A DNA stretch of 64,000 nucleotides from the human T2T-CHM13v2.0 reference genome, Homo sapiens: the NCBI RefSeq assembly GCF_009914755.1, contig NC_060925.1; one strand, written 5' to 3'. Each line of letters starts with the position of its first letter. Position 1 is the stretch's first letter. Below, one piece after another: positions 37,701 through 51,665 of the stretch. The translations under genes and the position numbers were made by a program. The notes beneath the pieces were generated by a model. The model was given only the letters and a program-made list of their open reading frames with translations. It was not told the DNA's origin and ran no database searches.

Positions 37701-38424
37701 TCTAAGAGAAGTTTTTCTACATGCAGAGGGGCAGGTGGATGTGCTTACTGCCATGGGACGTTGCTTTTGCTTTGTTGCCTCATTTCTCAGCAGCAAGAAA
37801 TGTCAATTCCCATTAAGCTCTGTGCATTTCATCACATCAGTAGTGGCCCTGAACCAGCTCGATGGGTGCTAGAATTCATTTGTGACCAAGGTTAGATCCT
37901 AGTTAATTCATATGTTGAGTATATTTGATACTAGATCCTAGTACACTCACCATATGAAGACAGTACCTGCTAATCCAGCCAATACCCCACCAACAGTCCC
38001 CAGCAATCTTCTGCCCACCGAGCCCTGCTTCCTGCATTCTCCAGATTCACTCCCTGGAGGCAGCAGGAAAAGAGCCACAAGCAACGTGACCATGGGCATC
38101 CAAATGACAGAGGCATGGAGGAAACGACAGCCCCAGCTACAGCAGAATTCACAGGGACTACAGCCCCCTCATTTTTAAAAACAGAAAGCCAAGGCCCAGC
38201 AACAGGAAGTGGCTTGCCAAAAATTGTGCAGCAAAGTGAAAAGCTGGGGGGTACGGGAAGAGGGGAAAGCAGGGCAAGGGGACAGGGCTGGGCTTGGATG
38301 TCTGTTCACCATGCTCTGTCCATGACTGCTCTAGAGTCTCCAGGCCTCAGTTTCATCATTTGTGATACACAGGCTTGGACTAAATGACCTTTAAAACACT
38401 TTCCAGCTTAAATATTTAAAAACT

Positions 38425-38580
38425 TTGCCACTCAAAGTGTTCTCATGACCCAGTAGCATGGAGCTTGTTAGAAATGTGGCTTCTTGGTCCCCACCCCAAA
38501 AGTACTAAAGAGACTCTGCATTTGAACAATATCCTCAGGTGATTCATATGCACATTAAAATTTTACAAGCATTGTTCTAG
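38425..38580. mobile_element. MER5A/B MITE
   Basis: 'ggagcttgttagaaatg...ccccacccc...tctgcatttgaacaatatcctcaggtgattcatatgcacattaaa'. Confidence 0.8.
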
Positions 38581-38996
38581 AATATTTTATCACAGGTTTA
38601 TAGAGAAGCACCAGCTCTAACTTGAGAATTATAAAATGAAGCAAAACAAATGTCAAACTAGATGACCTCTCTTCCTGAAGAAAGTAGTACCACTGCTCAT
38701 TAAGAGAGCTTGACACTGTGCTAAAATTTGCCACCAAATGAAAACCCATCCTACTGAATAATTTGCTCTTTGTTTTCACTCACAGTAGGCACCCCTATGC
38801 CTCACAAGTCACTGTGACAGACTTTGTGGCTACTCTCCTGTGGAGTGTCCTCTTGTGAACATATCCCAGCTGGATTGCCTTAGGGTCTTCAGTCTTACTG
38901 CATTTGACTAAATATCCCAATAGAATAGTCTCTACATGTTTCAAAGTATCATGTGAAATATCGTAACTGTGTTTTTTGTTTTTTTATTTTTCTTCC

Positions 38997-39302
<306 letters not shown>

Positions 39303-39534
39303 TAGTCAGACCTTTCTATCCATCTTCCTGGCTGTGCTCTTATAAGATGGCACATGGCTAAATTCTATCACTGAGCCATGGTAACTCTGTTCACCTACCC
39401 AGGGGCTAGTTAGTCAAACAATAATAAGCAATGTCTTTTCTTTCCTGTTGTGCAGCCCTGTGCTGCATTCTATTCACATGGAAATAGACATATTATACTT
39501 GGTTTCTGCTTTAAAGAAATTAAAAATAATTTTC

Positions 39535-39727
39535 CAAGGGTTTCCCAACCTCAGCATTATTGACATTTTGAACCTGATAATCCTTTGTTGTGTGGGCTGC
39601 CCTACACATTGCAGGATGTTTGGCCGAATCTTTGGCCTCTACCCACTGGATGCCTGTAGCACCAAATGTCTCCAGCCATTGCAAATGGGAGGGGGTGGTA
39701 AAATCATCCCTGGCAGAGAACTGTTGG
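39535..39727. mobile_element. MER20 hAT-Charlie MITE
   Basis: 'gtttcccaacctcagcattattgacattttg...ggcctctacccactggatgcc...aaatgtctccag'. Confidence 0.85.
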
Positions 39728-42700
39728 GTTAGAAAACACTGGTATGAACAAGCAGGAAAGTATAAGGAAGAAGTTTATGGGGATGTGGTTCTAAATAGTC
39801 ACAACACAAATGCTGAACAATTATATAATGAAATAAACAGAGAGGTATTAATAACACATGCAAGGAAAGGGCTGGTGAAGACAGGAGAAAGGATCAAGAC
39901 AGACACATGACTCAAAAAGGAAAACATAATTGGAACAGGCCATGTCTAATTCCAGCCAACATCTCTTCTTGAAGAGAATAGGTCCTCATCACAGGCTTTT
40001 CTCAGCCATAGACATTATTAACTAAGATGAAAATAATGCAAGAGACAAAGAAAAGAGTTCAAGGATATCAGACAAGAAGGGTTATTACAATAGGAAAATA
40101 TTACTTTGAAGTATTAATTCCCAGAGGCAGGTCTGCTGAACATAGATTCATAAAATCTGCAGCTAGAATGAGCATTAGATTCACCTACTCCAATGCTGTA
40201 ATTATACACATAATCCAGAGAGGTAAACGCACTTGTTCAAGGTCACAGTTACCTAGAGGTGGAGCTAATTCACAAACTGTCAAGGTCTGTGAAGGCTCAG
40301 CCTTGGCATTAACTCTTTTTGGATGCCCAGCACCCAAGCTAGGCCTGGAAAATACTGAGGGCCAATGATAGCTGTCCAGCCAAACTGAACCTGGGTCTCC
40401 TGCCTCTTAGCCTAAAACTCTACCATGCCACTCTGCCTGTTGTGATTTATGGTGATTTTTATAATATGGAAAGTCCATTAATAAAATGCTAACTAAAATA
40501 GCATCCAGTGTATTGGAAAACATAAAACATGCATTTATGGGTCTTAGAATAGAAAATGATGAGAATAGGGTTCAGAATGAGGTTAAAATATCAGCACTTA
40601 AAGGAGGGAGAAGGTGCCATCCAGGGTACCAAGGGCAGGAAATACGGCCCTCTAGAGGCTGGAAGAGGATTATAATAGGGTACTGACTTTTCCACCCACC
40701 CCCTTGCCAATAACCAAAACAAGCTCCAGACCTGGTGCTCAGATCAACTCTCCCTAGGGGAAAAGGGAACCCAACCATCAGGGAGAAAGAAAGATGCCAC
40801 TTTTGAGCCAACATATCCTATCACCTTAAAAGGCTAAATTTGGTTTCTATTCAAGGTCAACCTTACAGCCAGCAGATTGGGACTGTAGAATTTTCCTGCC
40901 CCAGAAAATCTCTCTGCTTGCTGATGCTAGAGATCTCTTATCACGGGACCATAGACATAAAAGGCCTACAATATAACTGCTGGTTGGGATAATACACTAG
41001 CTGAAACTCATTCACATTCAACTACAATCAGTTAATCAAAGAGCATTAATTACATCGGATACTTCCGTTTTTGTGGTAGGGTGGAGGGGAAGCCATTGAG
41101 GAATCTCTGGTTGCCGAGGAGTGGAAGGAAAAGGGAAAGCACAGAAAGGAGAGGCTGCTGACCCAGATATATTTAGAACACTTGGTCATTTTGCTGAGCC
41201 AACATGGCTCCACCTTCCACTGGACTGGGACAAATAGCTGTGTCCTGAGGTGGTTTTGCCATGTTAATGTACCCGGACAGCTCTGCTTCACAAGATTTAG
41301 AAGAGGTTTTGTGAGTTTGTTTGCACCAAGCTGAGCTTCCTTAGAAAGCTTTCATTAATCAGGATATCACTGAACAGAAAAGGAAAGAGTGCTTGGGTGC
41401 TACCTGAGTGAAGGCACAGGACAGGGTGCAGCCTGGGTGGATCTTATTGGTGCCGAAAACTGTGCCAGCTTCCCTAAAATATGATTTCCTGCTTTCTTGT
41501 GAGAAAAGTACTATCTCTCCCATACAGATGAGACAACCAATGTTCAGGAGCTTTGAATAAAACTTGGCTGTGGTCATTTAAAATAAGTGGTGGATTCTCT
41601 GACACCAAAGCCCATGCTCTTTCCACTCCGCCATGCAGAAAATTGAGGAAGGAAAAGAGAGTCCATTGAAAAACCTTTCCTGGTGTGAGTTAACAACAGA
41701 GCTCAGGATTTAGTGAATCTCAACAGATGAGAACTCATGCATTTATTCTGTAACTATTCATTGAGACTTTTAGATGAGCATAGCATTGGGGATCTAAGGA
41801 AGACAAGGGTGCTAAAAAAAAGATACACACAAGATGGTACCTCTTATACATGAGCTTACCTCTATCTGGGAGGAAAAATAAATGCAAAGTGAGCAATTAA
41901 GTAATATGAAATAATGTAAGTTAGATAACAAAAACTGTGGGACTTTTGATATAAGGGATATCTATGTGAGATAGGGCAAATGTGAAAAGTACTTATTAAA
42001 GAGAGGGACTCATTCTGGTCTTTGCAGAAAATCTACTATTTCAAGGGGCAACGAAGGAGAAAAGAGCATTTCATAAGGAAAGACATGTTGTAAACCAAAT
42101 TACGGCCAATGCATATAAGTCCTGAACAGAAGCATATAATTTAAATCAAGGAAGGTACCTTGGATGCAGTGATGAAGGCAGCCTTGTTAGAGCACAGTCA
42201 TTGTGGAAATGCTTGAGAACTTTGAAAATCAGGCAATCTATTAGAAATAAGGGCAAAACCTAGTGGATTTTTAGTATTTATCTGATAGTAAGTATTATTC
42301 TAATTTTAAAGTGGAAGACTCAAAGTGTTCATAACTCCAGTGACTTTGTCTACAGAGAGCATCAAGAGGGTAAGACAAGGTGAGGAAAACCTTCACTAAT
42401 CTTTCTTGCTTTTCTTCCAGGGGCCCCACAGAGAAAACATTCCCAACCGGATGGGTCATAGATCTCTGGCTTGTCCCATCTAGATATCCAAGGCACTTTC
42501 ACTGCTTTCTTTATTAGGGTATTTTTATCATCTACAAAATCAATCACTGTAAGAAATTTTTTCTGTATATAGCTGATAGATGTTTGCATTTGGCATAAAA
42601 AGAAGAAAATCTATTTGCAAATAGGCCAAAGCTCACTAATCACCAAATGAGAGACAGCATCCCCCAAACACCACCATTTTGAACTCAAAAATGTCCAGTT

Positions 42701-43576
42701 GGCCCCAATCTGAGAAAATCTTAAAAAATAAACATATGGCTTCAGAGCCATATTCAAGCATGTAACTGAATGAATGAATGAATTCTATCATCAAAGCGAT
42801 GCTACAGGAAGTCAAATGCAGTGAATGTATTTTTGAGAAGAGGAAGTTATAATAGCCGAAAATAGCTCTGCCAAGAAGCCACCATGGTTGAAAAGACATT
42901 ATAATCTTTTAACTATCTTTCTTTTTATGGGTATGTACAGGACCTCATAGTCCTGGATTATATGAGCATTATTTATCCCATCAAAGCATCCTCCTAATTT
43001 AGCCCTGAGCCTCCTGTAACAGAATGGACCCCTGATAAGTGTTTTATGGATGGATAAGTGAATAAAATAATCTTCTAAGTATAATGTGACCCAATTTACC
43101 ACTTTATGGGAAACAAGGCTAACTTCCTTTATCCCGCATGTATCAGCTCACAGATAAAGAAAATTTTGAAAAAAAGCCTGGGTACATTCTGTTATCCACA
43201 TTATAAGTGCTTATCCTTGACCTATAAGTAGATTCATTGGGTGTCCATGTGTGTATAGCTAACTGTAATTTGCAACCATTCCTTACTATCTATTCTCTAT
43301 AAGGGTTCTCTCATCTAAGCCAGGATTATTCTCCCCATTGGACACAGTAAAAACAAGGTATAGAGAGATAAGGTACCAGAGTGCATGTTAAGGTGAGAAG
43401 TGCTATTAGAGCTGAGACTTCTGAGACCTCATAGTCCTCTAGTTAAGAGCAGAGGCTTTGGGGTCAGGTAGACTGAAGGATGTATTTTTTTCTCTCACTT
43501 TCTTAGCTGTGTTATCTTGGGGAAACTATTTACCTTATGAAGTCTTAGTTTCTACATTAATAAAACAGCACTTACT

Positions 43577-43947
<371 letters not shown>

Positions 43948-46895
43948 TCAGGACCTGGCGTGCAATGAATGATGGGGGCTTGGGGAACTTCTCTTCTCCA
44001 GGATTCATGCTTCCATATATAATAAGTCTCCAGTAAGGTAGCATGCTGGTCTCTCTACCCTTGTACACATTGTTAAAAGAAGAGAAACAGATCTGATTGA
44101 TGAATATGGGGGAAAAAAAACTGATCTGGCAGCACTCAGCCCTTTTCATTCCTCTCTGTATTTTTGGTATCTTCATGCCTAAATAAAGTGTTTTCTGCTC
44201 TGCTGTCTAAACTCTGTGGGGACTTGTAGGGCCAGCTCTATTTCCATGGAAACCTGATATTTGGAGACATAAGTTTAGTTTAAAAGAATGTTAAGCAAGC
44301 ATCTTGACCATACCTAAGCCACAACTTCCAGCATAGTTTGATCAGTAATAAAAGGGATATTTTCATTTCCAACTGCCTGGCTCTTATCTCTGTCTCTTAG
44401 CTGGTCCTGAAGCTAGGTGGAGAAAAGAGGTGACATTCATTGGGTCTACTCAACTCCAACAATAAGTATTTTGGAAACGTCACCTTGGAGCAAAACCAAA
44501 GCATAGTTATGTGCTATACTTTCTTACTTGACTGGATGAAATAGCCCAACAGTTTTGTTAGTATTGGTGTCAGTGGTTAGCAAGACATTACAGTCCACAT
44601 GAAGTATAGTAGCTCCCATCTGCCAAGTTAGAATGAATAAATGGCCCAATTTACTGGATGCCCTTCACGCATCCAGGGGGTGGTATCAGTCTCTAGCAGT
44701 ATTAGAAAAACTACAGGGAACTACATGTATCACTATACCATGAATCCCAGCTCTAATGATTATGTAGACATGCTCTGAAGATGGCTCCCTCTGGTCATAT
44801 TTTTCTGAACTTATTGTTATTTGAGGCAATAAAAATAATAATTACACATTGTCAGCAAATTTACAAATTCTAGGCAAGGTGGTCAGCATGTGGCTCAGTG
44901 GTCAAATTGCTGTTGTTTTTTTTTTTAATTATGCCTGTAGTACCAGCAGTTGTTACATGATATGCAAACTCAGGAAATAAAATCTAAAAATAAAGTGTTA
45001 ATAAACAAAATCCAATGTAGAAATAGAGGATTACGTTAACCACAGTTCATGTGCTTGACATTCAGAAATCAGAATACTTATCCTATTATTCCAGAGCACC
45101 CCAGGACTTGGAAAAAGTACTTCAGAATCCCAGACAACGTGGAGTAGTTTGGAAAGCCAGGCAAATATAAACAAGAAAAATACAGAAGACTGTCAAGTAG
45201 TAGCTTCCAATCAAATGGTTCTTTATACATCACTGCTACTCTTCACATTCAAAATGTTACATAAAAAAATGAGGGAAAGGAAGAGGATCTTAAAAATCAG
45301 TAGACTGAGTCTACTTTCACTAAGAAAGATTCTGCTTTAAAAAAACTTCCAAAAGCATATCCTGTACCGAAAAACACTTTGCTCTATCTGGAAGTCATTA
45401 TTTAATCCAGCAAGTTCCTGATTTCTATAAGGACAATGAAATTGTGGTGACCTGAATTCCACCTTCATTCACTAACAATGAGAACATGCATGGGAAATCA
45501 GGATTCTTTGAGCCAGAGGAAAGGAGCAAGGAGGAAAAAAAAAAAGGGGGGGAGGGGTGCTGAGTTTCAAGAGCCACAAATTATTTTAAGTGCCTTTGAG
45601 TCCTGAGTGAGGAGGAAACACTGAACTTCATAAGGCAGATGTGGTCAGCAAATTTATTCCAGATTAAGCAGGAGTCCTTCTAGCTATCTGCACAGCCCTC
45701 ATGGCCATCTCAACCCCTAAAGAGCTACCTTGCTCCGGAGTTCTTAGCAATCATCTCTGCACAGAACCTGGGAGGACATAAAACTGCCAGGCGACAGCGT
45801 GATTTACATGGTGACTTCAAGATGAAAGCAGTTTTTGCATTTATGTTGGAGAAAACCCATTAACTGGATAATTTACATTTCCCTCTCAAATCTCCCTCTA
45901 GTACGAACATTTCCAAGTTGTTGTCAATGCCCAGTCTTTGGAAGAACATTAACTTCCATCATCACTACCATAATCATCAATCTACATTGTAATGTGAGAA
46001 TTATAGGGAAGTCAGATTTGCTATGGCCACGCGCAGGGACTTTATTCTGGGCTGAACCATCGTGGATGGAGAATGCAAATCACTGAGAAGTTGCACCCTG
46101 AAGTTGTAAAGACCATCTTGGGAAGCCATTGTCCTAGGAGCCTCTACCAAGGTAGTAAGGGAAAGGAGGTAAGTTCTTAAAATTCCTAAATCACACATTT
46201 ATGTTGACAGAGATTCCGAAATGTCATTCAAATAATATCTTCATAACTTAATTTTGCCATGTCAATATGCCACTTGAAATGAAAGTCACTTTTATGTTTT
46301 TTAAATAAAATTTACTTTAAATAAACTTTTGCTTAATCTGAACTTTAGAGACAAAACGAATGAAATCATAGGTTTCATATGCCTATATTTTTCTAATACA
46401 TATATTTTCTAATATATGTTTAAATATTATAGTTTTAAAACGATACCTCAAGTATCGACTAAAAATATTCTCATACTGATGCTAATTTCTTAGTTTTCAT
46501 CATCGTACTACAATTGGCAAAATGACAATTAGGAGAAGCTAAGTGAAAGGTAGGTGGGAATTATTTGCATTATTTATGCAACTTTTACATAAGCCTAATA
46601 TTATTTAAAAATAATAAATTACCATTTATTGGGCAACACTGACAGTGAACAAGTTTCCAGAGGTAAACAAATGTCTTTTCTTTGCCTTTAGGGTTAGCTA
46701 GAACTTTATCAAATCCATGTGGAAATAATGGCTATTACATGTTTTCACATGCTCTAATTTGTGCGGATGTCATAAGAGATTCTGGAACATGATTTTTTTT
46801 TTTTTTTCCTGCCAGGTTACTGGACTAAATAGGAATAGTCCCTAAGGCTACTACCAAAACATGTCCGGAGATGAGATGGAAGTGGAACTCAATGA

Positions 46896-47193
<298 letters not shown>

Positions 47194-47403
47194 GTGGAAC
47201 TCAATGATTTTAAGTTATCTCTGAGCTTGTTTAACATACTAGATAACAGCCCCAGTGGTTTAGAGGTAATCTGGTCTAATTTAGAGGAACCACAGCTTTA
47301 AAATTTTGGAGAAGGTTATTAGTGATTTCTTACTACACAAAAGGAATCTACACAGTGTTCAATGAGATTGCAGCCCCCTCCCACACAGATGCTTTAGACT
47401 AGA

Positions 47404-47635
47404 AAATGATTTCCCAATAGATATGCCCTAGCATCCCAGTCTGCTGCAAATAGATTCAATGTGCAGCGATATTCACTCCCTGCCTTCGGGGTAACTGGTG
47501 GGATCTGGCGTAAGCCACGAGTCCCTAAAACTCATCACCTCCAACCGTAAGAAAACACATGATTTACTCCAGGGAGATAGAGAAAAATCATCATTTTTAG
47601 GGATGTCTTGTCATGAAAAAGTTTGGGAAGCATTG
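47404..47635 (-). mobile_element. MER112 hAT-Charlie MITE
   Basis: Reverse complement 'caatgcttcccaaactttttcatgac...aaaatgatg...ctggagtaaa...ggttggaggtga...accccgaaggc...aatatc...ttgggaa' follows the recalled MER112 consensus. Confidence 0.7.
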
Positions 47636-48294
47636 ACCTAGCAGTTTTCAGGGTGCCTTAAATCTTTAAGTCTCTGAGTTTCTTAGTGTCTGACCCCAGG
47701 ATTGCCTAGCCCAGCAAAATCTCTAAGATTTTGAGAAACTCAGATAACTCTCAGATTCCTTTAACCTGCAACCTCAGAAAAATCAACTTTCAGCTCCGTT
47801 CCTCTGGAGGTAAATGAAGGTAAAAACATCTTGGATTTAGGTGTGCTGTCTTAAAGTAGCTCATACTTTTCCAAGTGGCTCTGTAACAACAGCTATCTCC
47901 TACCCTTTAATACCAAGGCCCCTGGGAAACATGCCAAAGTTGCTTTAAATGTCAGAGTGTCTCAATTGGTCTCCCCTGTGACCTTTAAGTAACCATAACA
48001 ATGTGCCTTCCAGGCTCACTGTATGTCCAAAACCCTCAAGATAGTGGCAAAGGAAAGGACCTCTGAAAATCTCTTTAAGTTCCATAATTCTGAAATTCTC
48101 AACCAAGCACTCTTCCTTTCTGACCCATAGAAATTTCCCATATGGCCGAAGGGAATGGAAGCTGAAGGCAGCAAATCTAATTAGAAGAGGTTATTGTGTG
48201 TGTATAAAGCTCTGTTCTCCATAGGACCCACGGGACTCTCATAACAGTTCAGGAACAAAAACAGACCTGGGGGCAGAAAGAGGAGACCAGGAAC

Positions 48295-48530
48295 TCTTAT
48301 TCATTCACTCAGTCAGTCTGTCAGTCAGTCAGTCTGTCTGTTCATTTATTAAACACTGAATATCAGGTATCCATCAGCACCAAGTTCACAGGCAGACAAA
48401 CTAGTATGTTATTCTGTGGGAATGTTGTAATAGAGATATAAACCAAGTGCTGCTACATTCACATGCAAGACAATTAATTCTCCCTGGAATATCAGGGTCA
48501 GTTCCCAGCTGAAGTACCATGGGAGTTAGG
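48295..48530 (-). mobile_element. L2 3' end whose tail has drifted to (CAGT)n/(CTGT)n
   Basis: 'ttattcattcactcagtcagtctgtcagtcagtcagtctgtctgttcatttattaaacactg'. Confidence 0.6.
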
Positions 48531-48531
48531 T

Positions 48532-49929
48532 CAGCAGTTCCCAAAAATCTTGGCCTCTGCAATCCTTTACACTCCTAAAAATTATTGAGAATCACAAAGA
48601 GCATTTGCTTATGTGGGGTATATCTACCAATGTTTACCATATTTGAAGCCAGAACTAAGAAATTTTTAAAATATTTACTAATCCATTTCATTACAGTAAT
48701 AAGAAACCCACTGCACGTTAACATAAGCCATATATTTTATTAAAAAAAAACCTATATTTTCCAAAACGAAAAATAGTGAGAACAATAACAGTGTCCAACT
48801 TTTTTTGCAAATTTTTTAAATACTGGCTTAATAGAAGACAGATGGATACTCATCTCCACTTCTTTAGCAAATACACTACACCATGTTATTTTGGATGAAA
48901 TCGATGAAGAAAGTCCTGTTTCACACAGATATAAAGTTAGAAAAGGAAGTAATATTTTAATAGCCACCTCAGATAATTATAGATATTCTTTAATACAACG
49001 CCAAAACTCAAGCATTAATTTCTTAAAGGTGACTGGCAATGTGGAAACAGAAGTCATACACTGAATATTTTGTACACTCTTTATTAAAATCATTGTCCAT
49101 GTTGAGACTTAAACTTTTTTTATACATGCACAGTTTTGAAACATGCATTGGTCACTTAGAAAATATTAGTTCATGGAGTTACACAGATCTTCCAAATGCT
49201 GGTACATTTCATTACACAATTTCAAAAACCCTTACCCATTAATAGCATTACTGATTTCATCAGAAAAGTCTTCAAGTATTGGAAAGCTGTCAAGCTCACT
49301 ACGGCATTTACAAGTTTCCATAATATGTTAATTTTTCTCTTGAAAGCTTGAATTTTATCACTGGCAACACACACTGTCAGTTGTTTTCCGAGATCACTTA
49401 GTTCACTTTCAAAAAAATTTCAGCCAAATACTTAAGTCTGAATAATTATAGTTAGCTTGTCAGTTGTTCTTTCAAGTAAAAATTGTGTTACAAGACAAAA
49501 GTCAATAGTTCAGCCTGCAACTCAAACAATCTCACTTTAGCTTGCAGCAAAAGTGCTTTCTGTGTGTACCCCCCATTTTTTCACTTGGAATATTAAGGGG
49601 ACATGTACTCAAGGGTCAATTTACAATAAAGCAATTGTTACTGCTTTATTTGGGTTATTCTTAAATGAAACTGGATTTTTTTAAAAAAAAACAGTGAGAG
49701 TGGTGAAAAGTACAATGACTGCTAGTATAGTTTGGTGTTGTTTTATTAATTCCTGCTAAGACACCAACAGTTTTTCCCACTACTGTTTTGCACCATGATT
49801 GTAAATACCAATTCAGTGAAAAAGACAACTGATTTCTTAATATTATGATGAAAATAGTTTTCACTACAAAGACACCCTGGAAAGGGTATCATCGGTCCCT
49901 GGGAAGATCTATGGAACACTTAGAAGGCT
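48532..49929 (-). mobile_element. Charlie1a-type hAT DNA transposon fossil with degenerate transposase
   Basis: Minus ORFs 'AIKILLPFLTLYLCETGLSS...MSIHLSSIKP' (hAT C-terminal dimerisation motif LLPFxTTYLCExGFS) and 'VGKTVGVLAGINKTTPNYTSSHCTFHH' (CxxH region); Charlie-type ends; ~1.4 kb. Confidence 0.85.
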
Positions 49930-49964
49930 TCCCAGGAGTTAGTCTGTTAAAGTTCAATGGTACC

Positions 49965-50300
49965 AAGCTCAGCATACATTCACTAAGTAGGTACTCCATG
50001 CCAAACAGCACTGTGCCAGAATCTGTGGACACAGATAACTAAGAAACTGTCTGCCTTTAAGGAGCTTACAGTTGCAGGGGTAGGCAAATAGAGAAGAAAA
50101 TTATTTTAGAATTAGAATATTACCAAGGAATATGAGTGCATGGAGTGCTGAGAATACAGGAGTACAAACAGCCTTCAAAAGATTCCTAGAAGGAGATTGT
50201 ACCTAAGACGTATAAGGCAGAATGAAAAGAATTAGAGGGAAAAATGAAAGAGCCAATAATAGCCCATTATTCCTGAAGTATGAAGTGGAGGAGAGTTGTT
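49965..50300 (-). mobile_element. L2 fragment
   Basis: 'cattcactaagtaggtactccatgccaaacagcactgtgccaga...tgcctttaaggagcttacagt'. Confidence 0.7.
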
Positions 50301-50309
50301 GAAGTAACT

Positions 50310-50770
50310 TTGAGGCTGTCACTTCACCTTAGTGCTTGCATGGGTAACTTCAGCTCCAGGAATGGACTCTGATTAGCCCAAGCTGACCAGTTATTACATT
50401 ATTCTTAACACAGAGATTGGTCCAAGGAAGAGTAGGCCTAAGTCAACTCATGCCAAAAAGTAGCAAGGAGTAGCTTGCAGGAGTCTGCTAGGAGAAAGAC
50501 ACCTCCTTCCTTTTAGGAGAGCTCTCTCATAAGCAATCCTGACTTCCTCTGAACATTTTCCATATGGAAGGGATGCCTGAACTGTTGCAGCTATCTTACT
50601 ACCAGCCTGAGGAAGAAGCTCACACCCAGAGATCAAAGTCATGAAAATTGCAGAGACCCACAGTTGGAGCCCAAATAAAGGCAAGCTGGACCACACCTTC
50701 ATTGACCTGAGCCTATGCATCTTCTTTATCATTTACATCACTTTTTGTTGAATTTTGTCTTACAATCGAA
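50310..50770 (+). mobile_element. MLT1-family (MLT1K/L-like) MaLR LTR relic
   Basis: 'cagctccaggaatggactctgattagcccaag', 'gcctgaactgttgcagctatctt', 3' end 'ttgttgaattttgtcttacaatcgaaaa'. Confidence 0.55.
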
Positions 50771-50778
50771 AATTTTCA

Positions 50779-51115
<337 letters not shown>

Positions 51116-51665
51116 CTAGAGAGGTAGGAATCAGTCATAGAGTCTTTTTATGCCTTGCTAAGAATTCTGGGTATTCTTGGGCAGGTTCTAAGAGTCAAAA
51201 TACCACAAGCTGGGAAATAACTAGGCCTTTGAAGGCACCCAACTGATTTGGCAAGGACTCTCTTTTTTCTTCTTTTTTTTTTAATGCACTAGCTTTTTTT
51301 TTTCAGTTTTACAAGTTATTTTCCTTCCTATAAAGAGATGGTGCATTACCCAAGAAAAGAAGAGACCAGTTTCAAGGAAGATCAACAGTGACAAATGCAA
51401 CTGAAGGCCACTGAGATGATGATAGAAGTTTCTTGGATTTAACATTAGAGGATCAATGGTGACCTCAGTGCAATGAAGCACACAGAACTGTGACTGCTAT
51501 TATGAATGGGGAGACTGATAGGATGCTTGGTGAGAGGGTACACAAGTAAGTAGAAGTTTCTTTAACTTTTTAAGACAAAGGAGAGCTGAGTATGCTTATA
51601 GGCTTAAGGAAAATATCTAGGAAAAAGAGGAAGAGAAAAGTAAATATCTAGAAGAGAGGAAGGAG

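Noticed and set aside
38310-38335. REST RE1-like sequence
   Set aside because: Only one half-site fits; spacing and second half deviate from the consensus
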